Of a DNA stretch of 64,000 bases, positions 27,428 to 40,040 are shown one piece after another. Source of the DNA: Eledone cirrhosa (lineage: Eukaryota); assembly GCA_964016885.1 (NCBI GenBank), contig OZ024754.1:6696001-6760000 (forward strand), written 5' to 3'. The first letter of the stretch is position 1; every line of letters starts with the position of its first letter. Position numbers and translations under genes: made by a program. The notes beneath the pieces are model-generated. The model saw nothing but the letters and a program-made list of their open reading frames with translations. It had not been told where the DNA came from and searched no databases.

Positions 27428-28189
27428 CCATAGACACTTAACTGCTGAGTAAACCGTACGGACGCTGTCGTTACATTTGGCGTGTCTCGGACATATTAGA
27501 CCTGGTAGAGAACGTCCCTTTCCATATCGGAACACAGCTAATTTACAAATTATAAGACTTTCCTCTCACCGTTGTACATGATACATGGAACGACCAGTCC
27601 CTTTAATTCATAGCTGATACGGTTAAGAAGTTCCCCTCACAATCATGAGGTCCAGGGTTCGATCCCACTGCCTGGTGTCTTGGGCAAGTATTTTTACTAC
27701 AGTCTCGGATCTAGCTAAATCTTGTGGGTGTAATTAAGTAGAGAGAAACTATGTAGAAACTAGTCGGATGGTTCGTAACTATAATACACTAGTCAGTATT
27801 TGTTGCATATGGTGTCTCGCTAATTCTACCTGAGAATTACGTTAAGGATACACGTGCTTATGGAATACTCAGCCACTGATGATACTATAATACAAGATGT
27901 ACCTGTAATTTTAAGGTCCAGCCTTGTCACTCATTGTGTCTCAGTGTTTCAACATAAGTATTACGTTAGGAGTACTCGTGTCTGTGCAATACATAAATAA
28001 TTACATTTTAATTCACAACTTCAACGTTTAGTTGATCGGAAAACTGAATGCTCATCATCGAAATCGACGAAGTATCACCCCTCAGATGACTGCAGATTGT
28101 GACGTCCTTGTCTGGGTCAAGAGATTCGGTCAGAAGCTAGGACACAAGTATTTATTTTCACATATTTTACCACTTATTCTACTACATAT

Positions 28190-28712
28190 ACACACACCCT
28201 TGCACACACCTAACTATACACACACACCTAACTACACACACACACACACTACTCACTCACATATACACGCATCTAACTATATACACAGACATACACACTT
28301 AACTATACAGACACACACACACTCACTCATACACACACATCTAACTATATACACTTAACTATACACACACCCTTGCACACACCTAACTATACACACACAC
28401 TATCCATTCACATATACACACATCTAACTATATACACAGACACACACACTTAACTAAACAGACACACACACTCACTCATACACACACACATCTAACTATA
28501 TACACTTAACTATACACACACACTCACTCATACACACATATCTAACTATATACACACACACACACACTCACTCACACATCTAACTATATATATACAGACA
28601 TACACACTTAACTATACACACACACTCACTCATACACACCTAACTATACACACACCTAACTATACACACACTCACTCACATACACACACATCTAACTATA
28701 TACACACACACA
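28190..28712. repeat. CTAACTATACACAC compound minisatellite
   Basis: Visible repeats. Confidence 0.85.
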
Positions 28713-29401
28713 ATAGTTCTTATACATGGTATAGCATGATTGAGACATGCATCAGTCTTCATCATATAAGTACATGTGTATGCCTATGACGTAATAATTG
28801 CCTCTCACCAACCCTTTGCCAAGTGGCCTAGCACCACGGGAGAAGGGGGGGGAATGATAATGAGGAGAAGGAACAGGAGGCGGTGAAACAAAGGCAAGAC
28901 TAACTCAATGTTCTATTCTTGAAACCCTATTGTGTCTACTCGACAATTTCTTAAGATGGGAGCAGAAATTATAACTATTAACTTGCTTTTATAAGTCAGA
29001 ACCCTTCACTGACAGAGGAGAAGACATTGCTGGGAGAATGAGACAGCACTGACCATTGACGTAAGGTCAGTGAACTTTAAACAGTGGATACGTTGACCAT
29101 AGACTGAATGACATGTGTGTGTGTGTGTGTGAGAGAGAGTGTGAGTGTGTTTGAGTGAGTGTGAGTGTGTGAGTGTTTTTGAGTGTGAGTGTGTTTTTGA
29201 GTGAGTGAGTGTGTGTGTGTATGTGAGTGTGTGTGAGTGTGTGTGTGTAATGGACCTAACTTGTCCCATGGACTGAGTGCTCTACACACTAGGACTCGAA
29301 TGAAATGGTCAATCTAATTTGCATAACAATACATACGTTGACAATGCTGTGTGTAATTAAATTAAGTAGTGTTTAACAGACGAAGGCATACACACACACA
29401 C

Positions 29402-29448
<47 letters not shown>

Positions 29449-29516
29449 GTAGAACACTGGAAGGTAATATCCGTAGTGGTAGAGCACTCAGTCCATGGGA
29501 CAAGTTAGGTCCATTA

Positions 29517-29554
29517 CGAGCTGAGGATCCGCTAAGGTGAAACAATTGTTCTCG
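29517..29554 (+). ncRNA. Minimal type I hammerhead ribozyme, family H (island 29446-29589)
   Basis: CGAG-CUGAGGA-U-CC-GCUAA-GG-U-GAAA-CAAUUG-UU-CUCG. Confidence 0.7.
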
Positions 29555-29632
29555 GTATGGTGAACTAACTGTTGCGTAACCACTTCTCTATATATATATA
29601 TATATATATATATACAAAATACGGCGATAGCT

Positions 29633-29668
<36 letters not shown>

Positions 29669-29759
29669 AGCTATCGCCGTATTTTGACTAAAGAAATTAA
29701 AGAAATTATTTAGCCTGATAGTGGGGTTAAGAACCCTCGGAGAAATGGAAAAAGATGAG

Positions 29760-29930
29760 TATTGGCAGTATCAGTAGAGGGTCAGACGCCATGCTTTCTA
29801 GCATAGTTATGTCCCGTTATGATCTGAGTTCAAATCCCGCCGAGATTAACTTTGCCTTTCATCCTTACGGGGTCGATAAATAAAGTACCAGTAATGTACT
29901 GGCCTTGTGCCTAAAATAGAAACAATTATT
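29760..29930 (+). mobile_element. tRNA-derived SINE (main family)
   Basis: Consensus match. Confidence 0.85.
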
Positions 29931-29964
29931 ACTTGACATATATATATAGTTTTAATATAGATGA

Positions 29965-30013
29965 GATTCTACAGGACTAGAACTGTTTCATTCTTTAGAA
30001 ATCATCAGGAATC
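29965..30013 (-). ncRNA. Type I hammerhead ribozyme, family A
   Basis: Minus: GAUUC-CUGAUGA-U-UUC-UAAA-GAA-U-GAAA-CAG-UUCUAGUC-CUG-UA-GAAUC. Confidence 0.85.
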
Positions 30014-30140
30014 CTGATGATTTCTAAAGAATGAAACAGTTCTAGTCCTGTAGAATCTCATCTATATTAAAACTTGTATACTCTGCAATGTATTGAGTAC
30101 CTTACTTACTGTGGTTACCTCCGATTCAACCCGGAATAAC

Positions 30141-30207
<67 letters not shown>

Positions 30208-30209
<2 letters not shown>

Positions 30210-30393
30210 CGAAGGAAATGTGGTAAGGAACCAGGTGGACCATAACGCACCAAAGTACTCAATACTTGAGGTAGTAGAGTGGGTAATAGGAACCAGTAAG
30301 ACCCCGACAGCTGAGCTCAAGCCGTTTCGACGGCTAATTCTCAGAATTAGCCGTCGAAACGGCTTGAGCTCAGCCGTCGGGGTCTTACTGGTT

Positions 30394-30398
<5 letters not shown>
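30208..30398. mobile_element. Family I mini-element with palindrome 30286-30398 carrying a half hammerhead
   Basis: GAAA-CGGC-UUGAGCUCA-GCCG-UC in the arms; family also at 31107-31230, 53740-53808 and 58260-58490. Confidence 0.65.
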
Positions 30399-30432
<34 letters not shown>

Positions 30433-30837
30433 TGTCTATTTCAACGAATAATTAGCTTCTAGTGTAATTATTATTTTTAGCACAATAGGATTTTGTATAC
30501 CTTTTTGGAAAATTATTTCAAAGAGATATGATACATAGCCTTTTGTATTGCTTATTACAATAAATTACTCTATTTTTTTAGCTGTGTTTAACTTCTCCAA
30601 AACGATATCTATTTCATATATACACAACATGAATGGACCTGTTATTTTTATCTAAAGACATTTTTTTTCCAATTCCACCCCGCCCGTCCCTTCAATCTAT
30701 CTTATTTCTCATTAATTCTTCTGATGAAGGATTAGCGTCCGAAATGTTAATACCCTCTTCCTGCTATATCAAGCGTTAACCTAATATATTCCTTCCATAT
30801 ACTGTACCGTTTGTGTTGTTATTTCTATTTACCTTTT

Positions 30838-30894
<57 letters not shown>

Positions 30895-30981
30895 GGAGGT
30901 GAGTTTTATTGTAGTACAATATGTTGATTTAAAACTGCACTATCCACAAGTGTTTTTTAGCCTTCATATCATGTTCTCCTG

Positions 30982-31048
30982 TTTTATCTGATGAAAACAC
31001 AAATATTATTGCATGATGATGTTTGTTTTTGAAATGCGCATAATAAAA
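30982..31048 (+). ncRNA. Minimal hammerhead ribozyme, family B
   Basis: Same fold as 20947-21013. Confidence 0.8.
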
Positions 31049-31320
31049 TACATGGAACTCCTTTAACCATCTTTTGATCTTATATTATATATATATATAT
31101 ATATATAACGAAGGAAGTGTGGTAAGGAACCAGGTGGACAATAACGCACCAGAGTACTCAATACTTTGGGTAGTACAGTGGGTAATAGGAAAATGTTCAA
31201 GACCCCGACGGCAGAGCTGAACGTTTTCATATATATGAACCCTCCTCAACTAACTCTGTGGGTGAACCTAATATGACTATATTTTTTGCATCCGTGTGTT
31301 TGTTTTGTTTCATCTATCAA

Positions 31321-31360
<40 letters not shown>

Positions 31361-31698
31361 CCGTCTGCATTTCTGACACGAGATGAATGTCTGACACATC
31401 AAAATTATCCCGTTGTTGAAATTATTCAACAGATAAGATATTTTTTTTCTTTTTAATTAACTTTCAGAGAAATCCACACAGGCCCACACATATACATATT
31501 TATATTTCTCATTATAAATGACAATATTTGCAATTTTCTCAATAATTTAAAATTTTCCCAACTTGCAGAAGATAGCAGAAAAAAAAAAATGGCCATATCT
31601 GGCAGACAATGAAGAAAACATAGAAATTCTGGAATAAAATATTTTATGAAGAATATTAAAAATTGAATTACAGTATCGTTACATTTTCATCAAATGAA

Positions 31699-31756
<58 letters not shown>

Positions 31757-31842
31757 GTAGGTCCCGGGTTGAGTCGGGGATAACCACAGTAAGTAAGGTA
31801 CTCAATACATGGCAGAGTAAAATTTTTTTATTTCATAGAAGG

Positions 31843-31893
31843 AGCTTCTACAGGACTAGTACTGTTTCATTCAGATGAAATCTTCAGGAAGCT
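31843..31893 (-). ncRNA. Type I hammerhead ribozyme, family A (mirror copy)
   Basis: Reverse complement of 31890-31940 within a palindrome centred on GAAGCTTC. Confidence 0.85.
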
Positions 31894-31940
31894 TCCTGAA
31901 GATTTCATCTGAATGAAACAGTACTAGTCCTGTAGAAGCT
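31890..31940 (+). ncRNA. Type I hammerhead ribozyme, family A
   Basis: AGCUUC-CUGAAGA-U-UUC-AUCU-GAA-U-GAAA-CAG-UACUAGUC-CUG-UA-GAAGCU. Confidence 0.85.
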
Positions 31941-31951
31941 CCTTCTATAAA

Positions 31952-31982
<31 letters not shown>

Positions 31983-32197
31983 ATTAGAAAGTGAACAACA
32001 CAAAATATAACTATTCCATTACCAAAGGTTTCTGGTTCCCAGACGATAATAATATACGTCTGGATCGGTTGTCAGATGTTATAACATATCTGTCTGACAA
32101 AAACGATCCAGATGTATTATTATCGTATTATTATCGTTTGTGATCCAGAAACCTTTGGTAATGGAGTAGTTATATTTTGTGTTGTTCACTTTCTAAT
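31983..32197. mobile_element. Inverted-repeat mini-element with degenerate hammerhead (family M)
   Basis: Minus 32017-32078: CAU-CUGACAA-..UCCAGACG/CGUCUGGG..-GAAA-CC-UUU-GG-UA-AUG; core G8 lost. Confidence 0.55.
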
Positions 32198-32260
32198 GAA
32201 ATAGCTCTGTTCTATACATAGAGCACTCTTTTTCCTTTGCTTTTCCTTTGCAATTACCTA

Positions 32261-32302
<42 letters not shown>

Positions 32303-32346
32303 TTACGATATTAATAAAAGGAAACTATATTTATAAAACCATATTT

Positions 32347-32409
32347 ATTTCATTATACATATTTCAGGGATACCAAATTAAATTATGGTATGCCTTCATC
32401 AGACAAAAT
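32347..32409 (-). ncRNA. Minimal hammerhead ribozyme, family C (left arm of IR 32307-32633)
   Basis: Reverse complement of 32531-32593. Confidence 0.8.
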
Positions 32410-32530
32410 ACAATATATAACAGTTTTACACATAAGCTTTGACGTACCCTTTTAAAATGCAACCATTATTTTTGGAAGCCATCAGCTTATGTGTAAAACA
32501 AAGCTTATGTGTAAAACTGTTATATATTGT

Positions 32531-32593
32531 ATTTTGTCTGATGAAGGCATACCATAATTTAATTTGGTATCCCTGAAATATGTATAATGAAAT
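32531..32593 (+). ncRNA. Minimal hammerhead ribozyme, family C
   Basis: AUUUUGU-CUGAUGA-AGG-C-AUACCA-UAAUUUAAUU-UGGUAU-C-CCU-GAAA-UAUGUA-UA-AUGAAAU. Confidence 0.8.
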
Positions 32594-32820
32594 AAATATG
32601 GTTTTATAAATATAGTTTCCATTTATTAATATCGTATATCTACTCCAAATACTTGTCGAGTGCTTTATATCAGTTATAAAAATATTTACTTGTTGTATCC
32701 CAACAATTTTAAATAGAACTTTTGCATATATATATTTATATATATAAAACCAAAGATTAATATGGTTCAATACTAGAAATGAACAATCAAAACCGTAGCG
32801 ATATGTCGCATATCAAATCT

Positions 32821-32890
32821 TATATTTTGCCTGATGAGAATGTACATAAACACCATTGTACCTCTGAAATATGTATGATAAAATATATAT
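32821..32890 (+). ncRNA. Degenerate family C-like hammerhead
   Basis: UAUAUUUUGC-CUGAUGA-..GUACA/UGUAC..-GAAA-UAUGUA-UG-AUAAAAUAUA; cleavage triplet is AUG, so probably inactive. Confidence 0.55.
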
Positions 32891-32928
32891 TTTGCTTATG
32901 AGAATATTTTTCATTTATTAATATTTTG

Positions 32929-32973
<45 letters not shown>

Positions 32974-33155
32974 TGTTAAAAGATAGTTATTTTGGATCAT
33001 CTCTATATATTTTATTATACGTATTTCAAAGATGCAAGGCTTATGTATAACATGTTCTCGTGAGATAAAATGGATATATATATATATATATATATATACA
33101 TACACACATATATATGCATGTATATATATATGCATGTAGGTGTATATATATGCAT

Positions 33156-33207
<52 letters not shown>

Positions 33208-34109
33208 TTATATATATATATATATACATTTATATATATATGCATGTATATATATATATATATATATGCATGTATATATATATATACATTTATATATATA
33301 TATACACATGTATATATATATATACATTTATATATATATATACACATTTATAGATATACATTTATATATGTATATACATTTATATATATATGCATGTATA
33401 TACATTTATATATTTATATATATATATAAATATATTTATATATATATATATTTATATATATATAATTAAGTTAAAGCGAAACGAAATTTAATTTCGTTTC
33501 GTTATTTGTTTTTATATATATATATATATATATAAATATATATATCTAATTAGTGTTATCGTTGCTCTGGTATACATATTGTGTGTTAGATTTTGCCTAC
33601 CACAATGTTCGATTAATCAAGCTTTTTAAACGTAAGTTATTACTCTAAGGACCTACCCTGTCGAGTGATTTGCTAACTCATCATTTCATATAAGTAGGCC
33701 GAATTCACTTGCAAACCGCCAGAGATTCGATTATACTGATTTCCAGAGGGGGAAGGAGGGGGAGGGAGAGATGGAGATGGGGAGGGAGAGGGAGAGAAGG
33801 AGAGGGAGAGCGGCGGAGAGAAGGAGAGGGAGAGCGGGGGAGAGAGGGAGAGAGAGATGAATACACACTTATATATACATTATATATACACACATTTATA
33901 TAAATTTAAATATATATTCATGTATGTGTGTGAGTATGTATATATGTGTATGTATGTAAATATACGTATATGTATAAAAACAATGAAATAAAAACAAAGA
34001 ACAAGTTCCTTATAATAAAAAAAATTCATCATTTTACGATCGTTTCTGGGATGTATATGTGTGTTGGTATGTATATCATGTTTAAGATCTATGTAAAAAT
34101 ATTACAAAT

Positions 34110-34153
<44 letters not shown>

Positions 34154-34183
34154 ATCAAAGGATGGTTAAAAGAGTTCCATGTA

Positions 34184-34250
34184 TTTTATTATGCGCATTT
34201 CAAAAACAAATATCATCATGCAATAACATTTGCGTTTTCGTCAGATAAAA
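34184..34250 (-). ncRNA. Minimal hammerhead ribozyme, family B
   Basis: Same fold with core CUGACGA (change at the free N7 position). Confidence 0.8.
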
Positions 34251-34331
34251 TAGGGAGACATGATATGAAGGTTAAAACACACTTATCCGATATCTGCATT
34301 GCTTTATTGTACTACAATAAAACTCACCTCC

Positions 34332-34382
<51 letters not shown>

Positions 34383-34395
34383 CAGAGTATAAAGG

Positions 34396-34444
34396 GATTC
34401 CTGATGATTTCTGAAGAATGAAACAGTTCTAGTCCTGTAGAATC
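34396..34444 (+). ncRNA. Type I hammerhead ribozyme, family A
   Basis: GAUUC-CUGAUGA-U-UUC-UGAA-GAA-U-GAAA-CAG-UUCUAGUC-CUG-UA-GAAUC. Confidence 0.85.
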
Positions 34445-34984
34445 TCATCTATATTAAAACCTTTATACTCTGCTATGTCTTGAGTACCTTACTTACTGTG
34501 GTTACCTCCGATTCAACCCGGAATAACGTACCATATATATATATATATGTATATATGCCAAAGTAGTGAAGATATCTTATAAAAATATGATCTGCAATAA
34601 CAGAGAAATTGTGTCTTTTTTTCTGTCAACAATGCATTGTATATAGAGACTAACTCTACATCTACCTATTACATACAGCTATTCTGTCTAGCGTATTGTA
34701 TATAGAGACTAGCTCTACATCTACCTATTACATACAGCTATTCTGTCTAGCGTACAAAAGTAGTTTATGCAAATTACTATATACTTACTTATTTTTCCGT
34801 CGGCTCGAAATGCACTTAATAGAGCGTATATATATGAGAGAGAGAGTGAGTGAGTGAGTGAGTGAGTGAGTGAGTGAGTGAGAGTGTGTGTTTGCACTCA
34901 GACATACATGAATTAAGATAAAAGTGACTTTTACAGAACAGTTTCATTCGTTTGAAATCGCCATTATATATGTGTGTATATATG

Positions 34985-35017
<33 letters not shown>

Positions 35018-35933
35018 GTATGTATCTATATATGTATATATATCTATGTATATATATATATATCTATATATATAATTATGTGTGTATGTATATATTATGT
35101 ATATACATACACATATATATATATACATACGTACCATGTATATATACATACATATACACACACACACATATATATATATATAAATGAAACAAACAAAACA
35201 CATGAGACAATTTTTCCATAGTTATATTAGGTTCACACACACACACAAATATATATATAAACAATATGTATATAATGTATATATATATATATGGCGTGTG
35301 TTTTGTAAATACGGGACAAATCATCTTTTCTTTTTTAAACATGACTATAAAAACGCTATGATTACATTTGGTGGTCTTTTTCTGATGGGTTTTTCATAAG
35401 ACTTTATTAGTTCTTTATGTTAGGTTTCTAACTATATTGTCCTTCAATCCAGTAGTCTTAAGTTTTCTAGACTTCCAAAGTCTCATCTTCTGCAGAAGAA
35501 TATTTGTATTAATGTGGTGCCGTTGGCGAGCTTTGCTAAAGATTGCCAACTGTCATAGAAATACGGGGGAAATTACTATAGATATTAAAGTACAAAGTAA
35601 ATAATTGTTTCTACTTTTGGCACAAGGCCAGCAATTACCCAATGCATTACTGGTACTTTATTCTATTGACCCCGGAAGGACGAAAGGCAAAGTTAAGTAA
35701 ATAATAAAGTACAAAGTAAAAAATCAATACTTGACTAGAGTACATATGAAATTTAGTGAAACTACTCCCAGTTCTGTCTCTCTGGAGCTACATCTGTGTA
35801 CTCACAGAATCATCAGACATTGCACAAGGCCAGCAACTACCCAGTACATTACTGGTACTTTATCCTTATGGGGTCGATAAAATAAAGTACCAGTAATGTA
35901 CTGGCTGATTGCTAGCCTTGTACCAAAAGTAGA

Positions 35934-36002
<69 letters not shown>

Positions 36003-36200
36003 ATAATAGTAATAATAATAAATTTGAAGACTAAAATCCAAAGAGGGCTCGACAAGGATAAATATATATCAAATATATAAGAATCGTAGAGCAAAACTTT
36101 ATTAAAATAACAGATTCAAGTTTAAGCAAAGAATCGCTGCTTTCACCGGTTGCAACGTTTTTTGAAATATTCACTTCTGCGTTCACAGATTGACTTTGTT

Positions 36201-36251
36201 AGTTTCAGAAGATCCCGTTAAGGGTGAAAGCAGTGATTCTTTGCTTAAACT
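36201..36251 (+). ncRNA. Hammerhead-like fold with variant core CAGAAGA, family J
   Basis: AGUUU-CAGAAGA-U-CCC-GUUAA-GGG-U-GAAA-GCA-GUGAUUCUU-UGC-UU-AAACU. Confidence 0.6.
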
Positions 36252-37310
36252 TTATTTATATATATATATATATATATATGTAATAAAGAATGGGGAACGA
36301 ATAGCCTGGGTTTTTTCCCCCCGTCTTACATGACCCACATAAATATGAAGACATTAAGTACTTGTGAAAATCTTATCCTTTATCTTTAGACAAGAGCTAT
36401 GAGCTTATTTTTATTTTTTGCTTTCTCTCAGCAGTACACTCGTTCGTTTCCGCTCTCTCTCGAAAGAGAGATGTTTCACAACACTAAATGTATGACCTAA
36501 AAGTATTATAACTCCTGTTGTAATTTGAACTAAGTGCCTTGTTGGGTGCAGCGTCGAGTTTTATTTCACATGTACGTAGCTATAATTAGATCAGTGTTCT
36601 ATATTTGAATAATATTTAAACCTCATCTAATTTGGCCCTGCCAATTGAAACTGCTTGATGGCTCTGACCTTGTGATAATATTCAAGTCATTAGCTGGTTT
36701 ACTTACTAGGATTTTTTTCAACACGCTGTTGCGTACGTGTATATGTGTGTGCGTGTGCGTGTGCGTGTGCGTGTGCGTGTGTGTGTGTATGGATACGCAT
36801 ACATTTATATGTATGAGTATATAAATATAAACGCGTAAACACAAACACAAAATACACACAAATTCACATACATTTACACAAACACACACAGCGTAGCAAA
36901 TGTAACGCCAGCCATTGTTTTGCTGTAGTTTTTTCACCATACCCTTCCTTCCTTTTACACACACATACAATCACACAAACACACACACATTTTGTGACGG
37001 ACGGAAGTCGCTCACATTTATATATAGATTCTACTTTTGAGAAGTGGAAGAAATAATTCGTTGATCTGATTTTGTTACCAGAAATAAAGTCAATTGGTAT
37101 TTCGTTAAATTTGATTCAGATTTAATCTATTTCGAAAGAAACGCTTTTAATTAAAACGTATATTAAATAGGATTAATTGGTTTATGTTAGATAAAGTTGA
37201 TAAGAATATGTGAAAGAAATTGTTTTCTTTTTACAAGAAATGTCAACAAGATGGTGCTCTAGCATGGTCACAGACTCACCACATTCATTTTTATTATTGC
37301 AGAGCTTGAA

Positions 37311-37525
37311 GGGCGGTGGATTGGCAGTATCGGTAGAGAGTCGGACACTATGATTTGCAGCATAGAGTTACGGTCCTTTACGGTCTGAGTTCAAATCTCG
37401 CCGAGGTTAACTTTGCCTTTCATCCTTACGGGGTCGATAAAATATAGTACCTCGCACTGAGGTCGATTTAATCGACTTTCCGCTCCCCTAAATTATTGGC
37501 CTTGTGCCTTTACTAGAAACCATTA
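37311..37525 (+). mobile_element. tRNA-derived SINE (main family)
   Basis: Consensus match; flanking ATTATTGCAG(A/T)GCTTG duplication. Confidence 0.85.
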
Positions 37526-37824
37526 TTGCAGTGCTTGTATAATGGGATATCACCAGTCAACTCCGCCATGTGTTATCTCTGTAGAGTTTTCATCTCACGA
37601 GATACATGATAGTTGTCCTAAATTTAGCACGAAGTTGTTTCTGATTCAAGAGATGACTCGTGAAGCTTCCAGCCGTGGCTATCCCGTCTTTATTTAATAT
37701 GTCATCCTTTTCTTTTTTTTTTAAACCGCAGGGTTTAAGCTGGGGAAAAATATCAACACACAGAATTATAAACTGGGCAACACTGACCACACCATGTCTC
37801 TTTCACCTTTTATTTCTTTCGACT

Positions 37825-38168
37825 ACTGCTGCTTCGCCCAATTATTCCTGGGAGAGACGTGGTGCAGAGCCCTCAAATACGCCCTCTAGCGGGTCCTGTC
37901 AGGAGCAACCGTCTCCAACTTATCTGGCTGGATCCCCAAGCGAGACTAGCCAAGCTCATGGATGTTATTCAACCATCTTGCTCAGGGTCTACCCCTGGGT
38001 CTCTTGCCGCTTGGTTTTGCCCGTAAAATCCGTCCAGCGATTCTTTCCTGAGATATTCTAACTACATGTCCATAGTATCGGAACTGTGATCTCTAAATTC
38101 GGAGAAGTAGCGGTTTTTCCTGGAGTAACTCATTTCTGAGCTACAAATCTGTCCAACGATTCTTTCCT
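37825..38168 (-). mobile_element. RTE-clade LINE 3' fragment
   Basis: Minus: RSQFRYYGHVVRISQERIAGRILRAKPSGKRPRGRP.ARWLNNIHELG.SRLGIQPDKLETVAPDR; homologous to 47365-47655. Confidence 0.8.
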
Positions 38169-40040
38169 GAGACATTCTAACCACATGTCCATAGTATCAG
38201 AGCTGTGATCTCTCACTTCGGAGACATTCTAGCCACATGTCCATAGTATCAGAGCTGTGATCTCTCAATTCGGAGACATTCTAACCACATGTCCATAGTA
38301 TCAGAGCTGTGATCTCTCACTTCGGAGACATTCTAACCACATGTCCATAGTATCAGAGCTGTGATCTCTCAATTCGGAGACATTCTAACCACATGTCCAT
38401 AGTATCAGAGCTGTGATCTCTCACTTCGGAGACATTCTAGCCACATGTCCATAGTATCAGAGCTGTGATCTCTCACTTCGGAGACATTCTAACCACATGT
38501 CCATAGTATCAGAGCTGTGATCTCTCAATTCGGAGACATTCTAACCACATGTCCATAGTATCAGAGCTGTGATCTCTCAATTCGGAGACATTCTAACCAC
38601 ATGTCCATCGTATCAGAGCTGTGATCTCTCAATTCGGAGACATTCTAACCACATGTCCATAGTATCAGAGCTGTGATCTCTCAATTCGGAGACATTCTAG
38701 CCACATGTCCATAGTATCAGAGCTGTGATCTCTCACTTCGGAGACATTCTAACCACATGTCCATAGTATCAGAGCTGTGATCTCTCACTTCGGAGACATT
38801 CTAACCACATGTCCATAGTATCAGAGCTGTGATCTCTAAATTCGAAGACATTCTAACCACATGTCCATAGTATCAGAGCTGTGATCTCTCAATTCGGAGA
38901 CATTCTAACCACATGTCCATAGTATCAGAGCTGTGATCTCTCAATTCAGAGACATTCTAACCACATGTCCATAGTATCAGAGCTGTGATCTCTCAATTCG
39001 GAGACATTCTAACCACATGTCCATAGTATCAGAGCTGTGATCTCTCAATTCGGAGACATTCTAACCACATGTCCATAGTATCAGAGCTGTGATCTCTCAA
39101 TTCGGAGACATTCTAACCACATGTCCATAGTATCAGAGCTGTGATCTCTCAATTCGGAGACATTCTAACCACATGTCCATAGTATCAGAGCTGTGATCTC
39201 TCAATTCGGAGACATTCTAACCACATGTCGATAGTATCAGAGCTGTGATCTCTCAATTCGGAGACATTCTAACCACATGTCCATAGTATCAGAGCTGTGA
39301 TCTCTCAATTCGGAGACATTCTAACCACATGTCCATAGTATCAGAGCTGTGATCTCTCAATTCGGAGACATTCTAACCACATGTCGATAGTATCAGAGCT
39401 GTGATCTCTCAATTCGGAGACATTCTAACCACATGTCCATAGTATCAGAGCTGTGATCTCTCAATTCGGAGACATTCTAACCACATGTCCATAGTATCAG
39501 AGCTGTGATCTCTCACTTCGGAGACATTCTAACCACATGTCCATAGTATCAGAGCTGTGATCTCTCAATTCGGAGACATTCTAGCCACATGTCCATAGTA
39601 TCAGAGCTGTGATCTCTCAATTCGGAGACATTCTAACCACATGTCCATAGTATCAGAGCTGTGATCTCTCAATTCGGAGACATTCTAGCCACATGTCCAT
39701 AGTATCAGAGCTGTGATCTCTCAATTCGGAGACATTCTAGCCACATGTCCATAGTATCAGAGCTGTGATCTCTCACTTCGGAGACATTCTAACCACATGT
39801 CCATAGTATCAGAGCTGTGATCTCTCAATTCGGAGACATTCTAGCCACATGTCCATAGTATCAGAGCTGTGATCTCTCAATTCGGAGACGTTCTAACCAC
39901 ATGTCCATAGTATCAGAGCTGTGATCTCTCAATTCGGAGACGTTCTAACCACATGTCCATAGTATCAGAGCTGTGATCTCTCAATTCGGAGACGTTCTAA
40001 CCACATGTCCATAGTATCAGAGCTGTGATCTCTCAATTCG
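38169..40040. repeat. 52-bp tandem array, 36 copies
   Basis: Unit GAGACATTCTAACCACATGTCCATAGTATCAGAGCTGTGATCTCTCAATTCG; 1872 bp = 36 x 52. Confidence 0.95.

Noticed and set aside
30717-30752. CUGAUGA-AGGA-UUAGCG-UCC-GAAA motif (similar remnants near 10060-10095, 22690-22730, 26160-26220, 33650-33690)
   Set aside because: Stem I or III is incomplete or the core is mutated; probably decayed hammerheads but not supportable individually.
38169-40040. CRISPR-like regular array
   Set aside because: No unique spacers and no cas genes; a pure tandem repeat derived from RTE in a eukaryotic context. The same applies to the 103-bp and 35-bp arrays.
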